Assembly: GCF_009914755.1 (NCBI RefSeq)
Contig: NC_060926.1
Direction: 5' to 3' (one strand)
Source: the human T2T-CHM13v2.0 reference genome, Homo sapiens
DNA length: 64,000 nt
This document shows positions 20,627 to 36,500 of this stretch, piece by piece. A program made the position numbers and the translations under genes. The first letter of the stretch is position 1; every line of letters begins with the position of its first letter. Under the pieces are notes generated by a model. The model was not told the DNA's origin. It was given only the letters and a program-made list of their open reading frames with translations, and made no database searches.

Positions 20627-21512
20627 TGTTGAAATTATGAATTTTTGAACATTTTATTCTGAGTGTGTTGGTGCTGTACTTGAAGCCCAATCTTACAACC
20701 ATAATTCTGAAGGTAAATGGAAGAACCATAGAGATTGGAAATGGAAGAGAAAGTGTAAGTACTATATACGGAAGATGCAGAAGAACTTGAGATGAGGAGC
20801 AGAAATAAGTATGGATGACTATGCTTTAGATTCTTCTGAAGCAAAGTACAAGATCTTCTGTAAAATTGGTGTGATTTTTTTATAACTGTAATTTTAATAT
20901 TCTTGGATGCCATTTACATGGCACCATGTATAATAGATACGTTAATATTAGTTTGCTTTCTTTGTAATCAAAGATAATGCTACCAACAAAGTAACCTATT
21001 AGTGTTTATAAATGTGGACTCTTGGCCATCTCTCTATGAACAGTCATTTCCTGGCATCCCACTGCAGCAAAGTATTGAGAGCTGGAATGATTCCCAAGAA
21101 ACTATATTGAAATTTACTGTTTTCTCATTAAAGTCAGACAATTGCAGTGTAGAGTATAAATTATGCCTCCATTTAAATTACATGTTTTCCTTTAAACAAG
21201 GAAGAATTCCTTCCTATTGTAATCTTCATAAGTCTATCTATAAATCCATAAGCGAAAGGGAGAGTTTTAAAAAATATTCCCAAATAAATTTTAGCATGAA
21301 ATTTCGCAATATGCTAGCATTACATTCAATCTTGCCTAATTGAGAAATGACTATTCCATATAAGTGATTTTTCTAGTTAATTGTCAGAAACTCCTAACAG
21401 AGTTTGCTTTCTTTGAAATCTTAACTACTTTTATGAGACCGCCCCTTAAATGTATTCCACTGGCTTATATTTGTGAGTAAATCTTAGTACATTATATTTA
21501 ATACTATTTTCA

Positions 21513-22287
<775 letters not shown>

Positions 22288-22289
22288 AA

Positions 22290-22693
22290 TGTCTTAACTT
22301 CTGAAACCCGCAAATAATACCTTACATAACAAAGGAGTGAATAGTACTTTATATGGCAAAGAAGTGATAGAGTTAAAGATCTTAGCGGGGAGAACAGCAG
22401 ATCCAGGATTACGTGAGTGAGCTCCAAATGCCATTACAAGTGTCTTTATAAGTGAGCAACAGGTGGAGTTTAAAGACACACAGAAGAAAAGAGAGTGTGA
22501 AGAGATCTGTCAAAGAAAGCCCACAGCCATTAGAAGCTGGAAGAGGCAAGGAAGAGACTCTCCTCTAGAGGATCTGGGGGGAGCATGGTCCTGCCAACTT
22601 CTGGCTTCCAGACCAGTGAGAGAATAAATTTCTGTTTTTTTAAACCCTAAGTTTGTGGTTATTTGTTAATAACAGCCCTGGGAAACTAACACA
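22290..22693 (+). mobile_element. Second MaLR LTR (MLT1C/D-like) directly adjacent
   Basis: 'agaagctggaagaggcaaggaagagactctcctctagag...gagagaataaatttctgt...cagccctgggaaactaacaca'. Confidence 0.8.
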
Positions 22694-23489
22694 ACAGTAT
22701 ATTTGATTTTGATATAGTCATGTCCTCATGACTCTTAGCATATGGAGAATTTCTAATTGACTCCAGACTATACTGCAGTTATAATTGCACTGGAAGTATT
22801 TGCTCTTTTCTGACACTATCACTGATAAATATGTTATTTTTTATAATTCATTAATTCAAGACAAATTAATGCATCACAAATTATTTAGGAGTCAAAGTGC
22901 CTTATGACCTTTCCTTTCCTCAACTTTTCTAATCTATTTTTTCTGTAGATGTATTAAACACAAAGCTCCACATATTTAAAGTTTAAAACTAGATTTGCTT
23001 CAAATCAGTATTAGACAGCAAGGGGCACTCTATCTTCTATGTGGGGTAAAGTTTATGGCTTTGCAAGTATCGTTTTCCTTTTTTAACAGCATTTTGCTTA
23101 ACTTTCAATGAGTTTGTTGTTATTTACCATATTTTTGAGGTTTTCAGAAGTCTGATCACTAGCTACTAACAGATTGGTGTCAATTTATCAAAAACATTTT
23201 CTAAACAAATATTGTTTTATGTCTTCACACAATGAAATTTTACCCTGCAAGTGTGCTATTTAATACCTTTATTGATTCTTTCAAACTCTGTTTAAAATCT
23301 TAAAAATCTAGAACAAACATTTTAATTCATTTAAGGCCAAGATCAGAGTTTGGATTGCCAATATAAAAGTAAAATTATGGTTGCTTCAGTATAATTGTAG
23401 CTAAACATAGAATTACAGGGCTCAATAAAGAAAAAGTTCATTTGGAAAACAATACAGTTTAAAATTTTTCTGTGATAAGTTAGTAACCA

Positions 23490-23620
23490 AGGACGATCAA
23501 CCTCAATCTTATAAATATTTCATATGTAGCTACTTGATGCCATGTACACTGCTAAGAGCTGATAGGGATTTATAGATAAGTAAGACATCTTGCCTTCAAG
23601 GAGTTAATAGTCAAGAGAAT
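23490..23620 (-). mobile_element. L2 fragment
   Basis: 'gctacttgatgcca...cactgctaagagctg...taagacatcttgccttcaaggagttaatagtc'. Confidence 0.5.
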
Positions 23621-23815
23621 GGTTTGCAGAGAGACTGATGTCAAATGAATGTGGTCTTGTAATTTCACACTTTGAGTCTTCACCAAATAGACCCCACAAT
23701 TCTGAAAATATATCAGAGAAACAAAAAAATGATAAAAAGAAAAGAAAAAGATCAAAATAGTGTTCAAATATAAATGTATATCCCTACTCATATCTGTATC
23801 TATCTATTGGTGTCA

Positions 23816-23819
23816 TGTG

Positions 23820-23852
<33 letters not shown>

Positions 23853-23870
23853 CAGACAGAGAGAAAGAGA
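23816..23870. repeat. Compound (TG)n(AG)n microsatellite
   Basis: Directly visible. Confidence 0.9.
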
Positions 23871-25928
23871 ATCTCCAGATCTGCAGAGTTCCTGGACTAG
23901 AAGTTAGCAAAGGCAGCCATTTGCTTTGGATCTTAGTGAATGAAAGGAATAAAAGTGCTTCATGAATACAAGATCAATGTAAGCCTTACTGTTCAAAGCT
24001 GAGACTGGAATAAGACTCCAACACCTATGAAAGGAGCCTGAAAACCCCTGTACTTAAAACTACCTGGGACCATAATTTATGTAAACCTGTATATCTAAAG
24101 GAGACAGATCTGACCTCAAGGTCAAGAACAGGAACAAATTGTCATCTGGTTTGTTGACTGGATCTGCAATATTATCATTATCAGAACAGGACATGAAGTC
24201 AGTGAATTTGAAAACAGAAAATTAATACCAAAAATCAACAAAACAAAATATGATTCTTTGAAATGATCAATAAAATTGATACACCTCTAACCAGGTTAAT
24301 TAAGATTAAAAAGAGAGATGACACAAATTGTCAATATCAGAAATGAAAGATGAACATCACTACAGATCCCAAGGACATTAAATGAATAATAAAGAAATAT
24401 TATGAACAATTCTATGCCCACAAATCTTATAACCTAGATGAAATGGACCAATTTATTGAAAGACACAATCTGCCAAAACTCACAAAAGAAAAAATAAACA
24501 ATTTAAATAGCCCAATATCTAGTAAAGAAATTGAATCAGTAAATAAAACCTTCCAAAACAGAAAGAACCAGACCTAGATAGGTTAACTGGTGAATTCTAC
24601 CAAACATTTAAGGAAGAAATTAAACCAATTTTCTACAATCTCTTCCAGAAGATAGAAGCAGAGGGAATACTTTCTAACCTATTCTATGAGACCAGCATTA
24701 GCCTTATACCAAAGCTAGACAAAGATATTACAAGGAAAAAAACTACAGACTAAGATGTCTCATGAATATAGATGCAAATATCCTGAAAAAAAATTAGCAA
24801 ATTGAAACCTATCATGTATAAAAAAGAATTATACAACATGACCAAATGGGATTTATCCCAGATATGCAATAGGGGTTCAATGTCCAAAATCAATTAATGT
24901 AATCCATAAAATGAACAGGCTAAGAAGAAAAGTCATTTAACCATATCAATAGATACAGGAAAAAGCACTGGACAAATTCAACACCCATTCATGATAAAAT
25001 CTCTCAACAAACTAGGAAGAGAGAGGAACTTTCTCAACTGGACAAAAAATATCTTAAAAAATTTTTATAAAACCCTACATCTAACTTCATACTAAATAGT
25101 GAGAGACCTAACTCTTCCCACTATGGTCAGGAACAAGGCAAGGATGCCCCGTCTCACCACCAATTTTCAACATTGTACTGGAAGTCCTAGCCAATGTAAT
25201 AAGACAAGAAGAGAAAACAAAAGATACATTGAATGGGAAGAAAAAAATAAAACCCTCTTTGTTTGCAGTGGCAAAATTGTCTACATAGAAAAATACAAAA
25301 GAATTCACGCACAAAAATCTGGACTAATACACAATTATAGCCAGGTTGCAGGATACAAGGTTGATGTACAGAAGCTGATCATTTTCCTATATACCAGCAA
25401 CGAGCAAGTGGAATTTGAAATTAAAAACACAATGCCATTTACATAAGCCTAATAAAATACGTATAAAATCTATATTTGGAAAACTACAAAAGTCTAATGA
25501 AAGAAATTTTAAAACTAAACAGATGGAGAGACGTTTTGTATTTATGGATAAGAAGACTCAGCAGTGTCAAGATATCAGTTTTTCCCAAGTTTATCTACAG
25601 AGTCAATGCAACCCCAGTCAAAAATCCCAACAGTTATTTCATAACTGTTTTTTAAATCAGTTATTTCAAAACTGATTTAAAATTCTGTATACATAGACAA
25701 AAGACTCAGAATAGCTAACACTACATTGAAGAAGACCAAAGTCAGAAGACTGACACTACCAAACATCAAAATTTACTACAAAGCTACAGTAATCCAGACA
25801 ATATGATATTAGTAAAAAAATAAATACATCAATGAAACCAAATGGAGAACCCAAAGACAGGCCCACATATAATCAACTGATCTTTGACAAAGAAGCAAAA
25901 GCAATACAATGGAGAAAAGATAATCTTT

Positions 25929-26196
<268 letters not shown>

Positions 26197-26629
26197 TTAA
26201 CAAATGATACTGCAATAACTAAACACTCAATGAATGTAGACACAGACCTTAAATCCTTCACAGAAAGCTCAAAATTGATTATAAACCTAAATGTAAAACA
26301 CAAAACTTTAAAACTCAACTACTAGAAGATAACATAGGAGAAAATCTAGATGTTATAGAATATGGCAATGACTTTTTAGATATAACACCAAAGGCACAAT
26401 CCATGAACAAAACAATTGATAAGCTAGACTTCATTAAAATTGAAAACATCTGTTCTACAAAAGACATTATTAACAGAATGAGATGACAAGCCACAGACTA
26501 GAAGAAAATATTTGCCAAAATATTTATCCTTTACCTGATATAGAACTATTACCCAAAATATACAAAGAACATTTAAAACTCACCGATAAGAAAACAAAGT
26601 AACATGATTTTAAAATGGGCAATTGTGCA

Positions 26630-26691
26630 TGGATTGCTTGAGCAATCATCTGTCTGCCTGGGTGAGAGTGAGACCCTGTCTCAAAAAAAAA
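26630..26691 (+). mobile_element. Very short Alu (J-type) remnant with A-tail
   Basis: 'ggattgcttgagc' plus 'gcctgggtgagagtgagaccctgtctc' plus A10, interrupting the L1 at 'aaaatgggc|aaaacatctgaacagac'. Confidence 0.7.
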
Positions 26692-27619
26692 GGTGGGGAG
26701 GCAAAACATCTGAACAGACACCTCACCAAAAAAAGACATACAGATGGCTAATAAGCATATGAAAACATGCTCAACTTCATTGATATTAGGGAACTGCAAA
26801 TTAAAACAACAATGAGACACTACTATATACCTATTAAAGTGGCTAAAATCTGAAATACCAATACCACCAAATGCTGGTGAGGATATGCAGCAACAGGAAC
26901 TCTCATCCATTGCTGGTGAAAATGCAAATTGTACAGCTACTTTGAAGACAGTTTAGCAGCTTCTTACAAAACTAGAGATACTCCACATCCTATGATCCAG
27001 CAATCATACTCCTTAGTATTTACACAAGGGAGTGGACAACTTGTGTTCACACAAAAGTGCATACACCAGTGTTTACAACAGCTTTATTCATAATTGCCCA
27101 AACTTGGAAGCAACCACGATATCTCTCAGTAGAAGAATGGATACAACACTGTGATATACACAGACAATGGCATTTTATTTACACTAGAAAGAAATGAACT
27201 ATCGAGCCATGAAAAGACATGGAGAAACCTTAAATGCATATTACCAAGTGAATAAAGCCAATCTGAGAAGGATACATACTTCATGATTCCAACTATTTGA
27301 CATTCTGGAAAAGGCAAAGCTATGGAGACACAAAAAGATCAGTTGTTGCCAGGGGTTAAGGGAGAGGGAGAGATGAATTGCAGAGCACAGGGGATTTCTA
27401 GGGCAGAGATACTACTCTGTATGATACTATAATGGTAAATACATATCATAATACATTTGTTAAAACCCATAGAAGGTATGACATCAAATGTAACTCCATT
27501 GTAAATTATGGACTGGTGGTGATAACGATAAATCAAGACAGATTCATTGATTATAACAAATGTACTATCGTTTAGGATATTAATGAGGAAGGTTATGCAT
27601 GTGGAGGCAGGATGTATAA

Positions 27620-28455
27620 GTGGATCAAATGTCCATCAACAGATGAATGAATAAACAAAATGTGGTATATGTACAATGGATTATAATTCAGCCTTAAGAA
27701 GGAAGTTCTGACCACATGCAATAACATAGATGAACCTTGAGAAAATTCTATTAAGTTAAATAAGCTAGTCACGATAAGACAAAAACTATATGACTGCATT
27801 TATATGAAGTATCTAGAATAGTCAAATTCATAGAAACAGAAAGTTGAATTGTTGGTTGCCAGGGCCTACATAAAGCAATATATTAGTTTACTATGGCCGC
27901 CATAACAAAATACCAAAAATGGACTTGCTTAAACATCAGAATTTATTTTTTCACAGTTCTGGAGGCTAGAAGTCAAAGAATAAGGTGGCAGGTTTGCTTT
28001 CTGCTGAAGCCTCTTTTCTTGGCTTGCAGATGACTACCTTCTTGCTGTGTCCTCACATGGTCTTTTCTGTGTGTATGCATTCAACTCTGGTGTCTCTTTT
28101 TGAGTCCAATTTACCTCCTCTTATAAAGGACACCAGTCAAATTGGATTAAGGCCCACCCTAACAGCCTCATGTAAACATAATCATCTCTTTGAAGACCCT
28201 ATTTCCAACTACAGTCACATTCTAAAATACAGGGGTTAGAACTTCAACATGTAAATTTTGGAGTGACTCAATTCATCCCATAATGGAGACATAGAAAGTG
28301 GCTGTTTAATAGGTATAGAATTTCAACTTTGCAAGATGAAAAAGTTCTGGAGATTGGTTGCAAAACAATTTAAATATATTTAACACTACTCACTGTACAC
28401 TTAAAAATGGTTAACATGGTAAATTTTATGTGTATTTAACCACAATTAAAAATAT
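27620..28455 (+). mobile_element. L1MB-type 3' end, split by an MLT1
   Basis: 'aaatgtccatcaacagatgaatg...agtcaaattcatagaaacagaaag' resumes at 'gtttaataggtatagaatttca...gatgaaaaagttctggagattgg'. Confidence 0.8.
27879..28284 (-). mobile_element. MaLR solo LTR (MLT1B-like)
   Basis: 'tattagttt...ccataacaaaatacc...cacagttctggaggctagaagtc...ggacaccagtcaaattggattaaggcccaccctaa'. Confidence 0.85.
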
Positions 28456-28721
28456 TAAGTTTTCAAAAAGGTTAAAATATACCTGATTTAAAACAACGGA
28501 GGAAAGAACCAGGGAAACTGAAGTGAAATCGATAGAAATTGCTCATTCGTACAACAGAGAAAAAATTAACCTCAAATAAACAAACAAAACCCCAGAGCAT
28601 TGGGGACCTATGGGATGAGATCCTAAAATCTAATGTTTTTATTTTTGGAGTCCAATAAGGAGAAAAGAAGGAGTCGAGATTTAAAAAAAAAAAAAAAAAG
28701 TGAAGCTAAAAATAATATTTA

Positions 28722-29018
28722 AAGGAAAAAGTTGTAGTGTTTGACAGCATGGTAGGGTGACTACAGTTAACAACAATATATTATATATTCAAAAATAACC
28801 AGAAGAGAATATTTAAAATGTTTCCAACACAATTAAATGATAAATATTCAAGGTGACAGATATACTAAATACCCTGACTTGATCATTACACATTATTTGC
28901 ATATGATTTGTTTGCATTTACATATGATATTCTCTGTCAGATGCAAACATATCATATTCTGTGTCAGAATATCATATGTAAAAGATAAATATGTATAAAT
29001 ATTGTGTAGCAATAAAAA
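28722..29018 (+). mobile_element. L1MA-type 3' terminal fragment
   Basis: 'gtagggtgactacagttaacaacaatatatt...taccctgacttgatcattacacatt'. Confidence 0.75.
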
Positions 29019-29039
29019 GCAAAAATGAAATGTTCACAA

Positions 29040-29546
29040 AATCCACAAATGTGTAAAAAGAATTATGCTCCATGACCAAGTTAGAGTTATTCCAGGTATG
29101 CAAAGCAGTTTCATCATTTGAATATCATTTTAATATATCATATCAGCAGGATAAAAAGAAAAAAACATATGGTCGTATCAGTGGATGCAGAAAGAGCATT
29201 TGACAAAATCCAATACCTATTGATGACAAAAACTCTCAGCAAACCAGAAGTAGAGAGGAATTTCCACACCTTGATAAAAAACATTTTCTTAAAAAAACTT
29301 ACAGCTAATATCATACTTAATGGTGAAAGATTGAATGTTTTCTAAGATTAGAAACAGATCAAGGATGTCTACTCTCACTGCTCCTATTCAACATATTACT
29401 GAGATTTTTAGCCAGCACATAAGGAAAAAAAATGAAAAGAAAGAAAATAAAAAGTAAAAGGCATATAGATTAAAAAAGAAGAAATAAAAAGCCCTTTCTA
29501 TTTGCAGATGATATGATTGCCTACATAGAAAATCTTAAGCAATCCA

Positions 29547-29577
<31 letters not shown>

Positions 29578-30570
29578 ATCCTCTTAGTACTAAGTGAGCT
29601 TAGCAAAGTTTCAGAATACAAAGTGAACACATAAAAATCAGTTGGGTTTTTGACAATGATATTAACAATGATAATGCGGAAACCAAAACTAAAAACACAA
29701 TACCATTTTTAACTATTACAAATAAAATGAAATACTTGGATATAAATATTTTTTAAAAAGTACAGAATCTGCATGGTGAAAATCACAAAATGCTGATGAA
29801 AGTAATCAAAGAGCACCTAAATAAATGAAGAGACATTGTGTGGTTCATTGATTAGAAGACTCCACAAAGATATCAATTATTTCCAAATCAATCTGTAATT
29901 TTAATGTAATTTCTATTAAAATCCTAGCAGAGCTTTTGTACAATAGACAAGTTCATTTTAAATTTTATGTGGAAAGGCAAAAGACCTAGAATAGCTAAAA
30001 ACAATTTTTCAAAACATAATTAAGTAGAAAGAATCACTCTACATGCTGTTAAGTTTGCTATATAGCTACGGTGCTTAAGACTGTATGGTATTGGCATATT
30101 GATAGACATTGCAATGAGATAAGAATAAGAAACCCAGAAATAGACCCACACAAATGTGCCTAACTGGTTTTTTAACAAAGGTTTAAAATTAATGCAACAA
30201 ATGGTGCTAGAGCTTTTTAACATTCATTGCATAAAAAAAAAAGAACTACCGCCACCTAAACTTACATCTTACACAAAATCTAACTCAAAATGGTTTATGA
30301 ACAGTCAACAATAATTCAATTAGAAAATGGGCAAAAGACTTGAACAGACATTTCACTGAAGAGAATATAAAGCTAACAAATAAGCACATAAGATTTTCAA
30401 CTTCATTAGCCATCATTAGCAAAATGCTAATTAAAATTACAATGAGATGTCACGACACACCTATAAGAGTGACTAAAATAGAAAGTGTGATAGCACCAAA
30501 TGATGGTGTGGCAGTAGAGACACTAGACCACTCATACTCATGGTGGAAACATAAAATGGTACGACATCAG
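29040..30570 (+). mobile_element. Old L1M ORF2 fragment with (TAAA)n at 29547-29579
   Basis: ORFs 29118..29345 (SVDAERAFDKIQ) and 30340..30597 (NRHFTEE) are decayed L1 ORF2p. Confidence 0.85.
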
Positions 30571-31730
30571 AACATCTTAGAGTTCTGGTTTTCATAAACC
30601 CCTATCTGTTTCTGGTGACCAAGGATTTAATTTTCTTTCTTATGGGTTCAGATCAAAATTTAATTCTGCATTATCTTAGTCTTCCATTTTACAGGAACCA
30701 CAAAAACTTGTTTGAATTTCCTAATACATACATACATACATATATACATATCAAGCAAAACTGTGTATATTTAAAAAATAAAGTTTTTTTTAAATTAAAT
30801 ACATCTATCTGCTTGTGTATACTCAAATGTACACACAAACACTTTATTTTTTTAAACGCATAGTTTTTCTGAAAATAAAGATTTTGCTTATTTTCATTTT
30901 GTTCTTTTCACCTTTCTAAATTTAAAATATAAAAATAAACTTCATTTTTAAAAATAAATAAATGTATTTGATATCAACATAACCTTCAAGAACTAAGATA
31001 ATTCCTACATTTATCATCTTCATTTATCATCTTTTATTTAGCTTTTAAAAATAACAAAAATTTCAAAAATTTCTTTCCTACCTCTTTATTCCATTATTCA
31101 ACATTATCCATATGTTAATTTTTCATTAATCAAAATAGGACTTGGATCATTTAAAGTCTACCTTTGAGTGTGTTACCAGTTCTATTAAACCAGTCATTTT
31201 CTAATCTCTTAAAATCTTTTCCAATTTTATGCCTCAAAAAGAGGTCATTATCTAAATTCTGGAAGGCACCTAGAGACGGAAATATTGGCCAAAATTAATT
31301 AAATGAGCCCACTGCAAGAAAGCTCTTTTGGTGCCTTATGGAAATTTTGAGTTGTATGTAATACTATTTTAAAAGCACAAATCAAATGGTAAAATTAGAC
31401 TAAAGGGATACCATCATATCAATTTTTACGTTGTCCTTAGTTCTGCTATTTTGACTTCTGTCCTCTTACTGGTAGACTTTAAGACTTAAAAGCTCATTAT
31501 AAAAGATTTCAATCCGTTTCCCTGACTTTAACACTCCCTAGAAGTGTGAATTTTTTTCCTTTTTATTCCTACTGTGAGGGTATAACAGTTATATTATTCC
31601 TAGTGAATTTTCCCATAGCATTCAATCTGAATCAATTGAGATAATAAATCTTTGTGCTACATCTGCACTCAAAACTAGACACTTAATTTTCAAGATACCA
31701 TATTTTAATCAGTCATCAGGGGACTCTTAC

Positions 31731-31823
31731 CTGTCTCCAGTCTGGCTGTTTCAGAGGTAATTGGCATTAACAGAGCACTGAGGTGATTCCCAATCTAATC
31801 TCAATGTTAGTGAATTAGTGTAT
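31731..31823 (-). other. Candidate exon (93 nt; alternative acceptor gives 31731-31794)
   Basis: Strong donor 'GACAG|gtaaga'; acceptor 'cattttatatctacaattttag|'; stops in all three frames of the 93-nt form; internal ATG at 31767. Confidence 0.3.
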
Positions 31824-32429
31824 CTAAAATTGTAGATATAAAATGACCCTGAGCATCTAACCTCAGAAGTGGTGGCCTGAGACCAAGTTCGAATATTCTT
31901 ATGGAGGGAACACTTTATAGGCTTACCAAGGATGGAAACAAAACACAGTCCTTCACTTTTCATAGGAAGAATAACAAAAGGGTGATCCATATGCCCTACA
32001 TAATTACTAATCCCAAACATCCATCCTCCATCATTGTCAGAATAGCCAATCAAAGAATAGCACCAGGTCAGTATTTTTCAGCTTTATTAATGTAAGTATA
32101 TTCCTATCAGGAGCTGAATCCCTAGTAGAGAATTAGAAGGTCTTCCCTGAGATATCCATTGTGCCTATCACTAACACTGCAAATCCAGGGAGAAAACTCA
32201 CAAGCTTGAGTTGGCTTTGCATTCTCTTCTATAGCAAAGTGGAAGCAAACCAATACTCTAAAGTGTGACACGGGTTAAATAAGGAAAGCTTCAAACCACC
32301 TAAATAATCAAGTTATTGCAAATGGGAAAATGTCTTTTGAAAACAAGATGATAAGCGCTAAGAATAGATTTACATTTATGAAGTGCTCAGTTAATATTTG
32401 TTAAGTTCAACTGATAGATTAAATTGATC

Positions 32430-32641
32430 CAGTGTCAGAATGTTAATAAAAATTTAAGAACCGGGGTGGAGAGGTGGAGGGCAGAAAAAGCCCTTAATTT
32501 GTAGTGCTGCAGATTTCTGTGATGAAAATACTTGCACCACGGTTAATGCTTCCAACATAACGTCTGAACAGGGAATTGGGAAGAGATGCTAACTAACAGC
32601 TCTCACTGGCTGGTTGTATGGCTGGTTCCAGTACTCCACTG
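32430..32641 (-). mobile_element. hAT MITE, MER63-like
   Basis: 'aattgggaagagatgctaactaacagctctc...ggctggttccagtactccactg' match recalled MER63 ends. Confidence 0.6.
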
Positions 32642-33182
32642 TGAACAAGACAAAAAAAAGACACTCAAAAAATATGTCTTAAGTGCCTATTAGGTGCTGG
32701 GCTATACCTTCATCATCATGAGTAATTTAGGCACAAGAGATATGTTTCACTGACCTCTGCATATTCCTTCGCATTGTCAAATATGGTGCACATTACATAG
32801 TAGATGCTCAAAACACATCTGTGGACAGAAATGGTATATTTACTTTTCACTCACAGTGTTCTGCCTGGAGTTCTGTATGGCTCATTCGGGATTCACCCCA
32901 GAGTTCACCCAAACTTCAACCTACATTTTTTAACCCCTCTAACTACTAACTTTGATACCCAACCAATGTTTATATTTTCTCCTGGTCCTGCCAGCTTGTC
33001 AGTTAACCCAGCTCTTCTCAGTTTGCAGTCTAAGATTCCTCTGCTGGCTACGTGTTCACCGCTCTCCCCGGGTCTCGCCCTCGGTGGCTTCCAATCCTTC
33101 CCTTCCCTCCCATATACACCCCCAGACAGGCCCCACCCAGTCAGCTGCACAAGCAGGACTCACATACCTGGAACACTCTTGA

Positions 33183-33599
<417 letters not shown>

Positions 33600-36500
33600 T
33601 GACCTTCTGTCTCATTCCCCAAGGGAACCACAGCTTCTTACTGAAGAACCTCTAAGCTTCTGTTACTGCTTATAGCTCCTCAGGTCCTTTTGCTCTTTAC
33701 TTTGGCATTATGCTGGGTTACTCTTAAAATTCCTTTTAATTAGCTATGTTTGAATCTGATTTTATATGAATATTCCCTGAGGTGTGATGCTGATTGACTC
33801 TTTTTTAATGAACAAAATTAATAAAATGTCCACTGATAGGATTTGCCTGTAGTCATCCTCTTTCAAACTGGGCTTCAATCAAAGCTACGTATCTTCAAAT
33901 AGCTGGGTTACTTCACAATGATTCTTTTTTTTTCTTTTAATTCAACCACTGTATCCCATTCTTTTCCAAAAATATGAAGAACAAGAATGTCTTATTTTAT
34001 TCTGCAAATTAAATCCTAGAAAAAATTAGAAAACTTAAGTAAACCCAATAGGAGATACGAAAACTAAAGACTAAGAAAATGTGGAGGTATTATCAACTGT
34101 ACTCAAGTTTTCACTCTAGCATTCCTCTGGAAGCTTCCTCTGCTTTCCCCAGCTAATTTCTGAAAGTGCTAGACTGCAGTGAAAAGGAGCCAGGCCCCGC
34201 TCTGGTGGAGCTTAGTGAAACTGGGACCGAGATCACATCCAAACTCCAAGCTCAGTTGATTCAAGCGGTGATGATAAAGCATTCAGGTCAAGACACCTGC
34301 TGATTTGGGAATCCTGGTCTTTGGGATCTGACAGGGTAGCATCTCTGGCAGCTCAAAGGCTAGTACAGTAGCCCTGAAAGTCTGGGTACAAGCTCAAGTT
34401 AGAAGTACAGGGGTGAAGTGAAAACCTCAGGTTCAGCCTTAGAAAGTAGAAGGTAAAATTGGAGAATCAAGCCAATCATAGAGGGGAGTGCCTGAGGGTC
34501 TCAGAGATATTTTGTGCCTGAGTCTGATGTGATTAACACATAAAACCTATACATTTTTAATATATACAACTTGTTGAGTTTAGATATAAGTATACACCAG
34601 TGAAACTATCAACAAAGTTTCCTCCTGCCCTTTTTATTTTTTTAGTATTTGTATGTGTTTATGTGTGTTAAGAACACCTAGCATAAGATCTACCCTCTTA
34701 GCAAATTTTTAGTATACTGGCAGAGGGCTTTTCAACCACATCCTTGCAACTGGGTTCACACCTATTACCCATAAAGTCCTTGCAGAAACATGAATTCTTG
34801 AGGCCAAATGTATTAATATTATTCAACTTTAGAAATAATAATTTATCTTTATATTTTCATGTATGAATTTACTGTTTACCATTTATGAATCAGGTTATTA
34901 TTTCTCTATGGGGGAGGCATACATGGAATGGCTGAGATATAATGAAATCTGACACTCAAAATAAATGTTAAAAATAAGAACTATTAGGAAATAACCTCAG
35001 TAAAATAAATGGTATGATAAAAGATCTTAGATCTTCTAAGTAGAATTTTTTAGGTTGTTGTTTTATGTTAAATAGTTGCATCTTTAGAAAAATCTATAAA
35101 ATGTGAGGAGGAAAAGGTTTTAAATAGAATAATGTTAAAACTATTATATTTTAGTGAATTATATTTTGAGTCAAAATTTGGTATTTATAATGAGCTTCAA
35201 GAGTACACAATTTTTTTAAATGTATGCTGAGACAATATTTAAGCTAAAGAGGCAAATTTTGCCAAATGCATGTACAGAGATGAACAAGCAAATAAAGAGA
35301 TCCCAACAAAAGGGCTCCATTTTATAGCATTACTAAACCTTCATTGATATTCCCCATTCCTGAAGTCGCAAAGTCCTTGATTTCTTCAGTACATTGTTTC
35401 ATCATAAGACTATTACAAATATAGGGGTTTTAAAACTCTAGTTAGAAAATTATGAATTCTGGTTGTTAGCTATCTGTAGGCATCAAAATATACTTCCCAG
35501 AGGGCCAGCATTTTACAAACAGGCGTAGAGCCACAATAAATTAAAACTCAGAGTAAAAATCACCAGTCTTTTGAATTGTGGAAATTATAAAATAAAACTT
35601 TCCCACTCTGGAGATGGCATTGCCAACATGTGTTTTTAGTCATAAACATGTCACACTTTACTGTTTCACACCAATCTCCATAACCACACTCTTTCCTCAT
35701 ACAAGAGCAGAATCTGTCTGCCTGGCAGTTAGGTGCTGGTAAACAGTGTCAGAAAAGCAAGTCTTCCATTATTTAGTCATGAGAAAAGCATAAGGAGAGG
35801 TAGAACCAAGAACCAAATGTCAATGATATTGCCAATTCCTACTAAACCCTCTGAAATGGGCAACTAATCTGTATGTCCATTGTTCACTCCATGACAACTC
35901 CTTCAAGAAAATCCTACCAGGTGATCAGGCTTATCCCAGACAACCTCAGAGAAACTCAAGAAGCACCAAATGAACAAATCACCTGACCTCAAGAGAAACC
36001 ACAATTTCCATGACCATCCTTGGCTCAAAGAGGAGAATTTGGTCCAATAAGTAGGGACATGGTATATTTACTAATGAGCTATTGTGTTTATTTTCAAATT
36101 CTTGGTCCATTTCTTCTACAGCACCTTGCTTATCCGCACCCTTTAGTCACTAAGGGCTAGCATCAGCAGCGGTAAGGCTGCAGCAAAAATTCTCAAATCT
36201 CAGTTGCACAGTGTGTTTCTTGAGCATATCATGGGTGACTGCCAGTTCCATTTATCCCCAACCCTGACTTTGGTTAGGAGGGTCTCCATTCTTAAAATAG
36301 TTCCCAAATGGCTCTGTACTACCATGCAATAGACATCAGCTCTGTCTCAGGAATTTTTCTTGTTTTCAATTTAACTTCTATGAGACATTATTTTAAAGCA
36401 ATTCACATATTTTGGAACAGGTTTCACATTACCACTTTGTGAAAAAGTTAATGAGCTTTCATTGCTAAAAGTAATTTGGAGTCATTAGGTATCAAAAAAG

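Noticed and set aside
33160-33175. Minus-strand donor CAG|GTATGT and nearby small CpG cluster (33050-33085)
   Set aside because: No convincing acceptor or start, and the region looks like decayed LTR-like sequence
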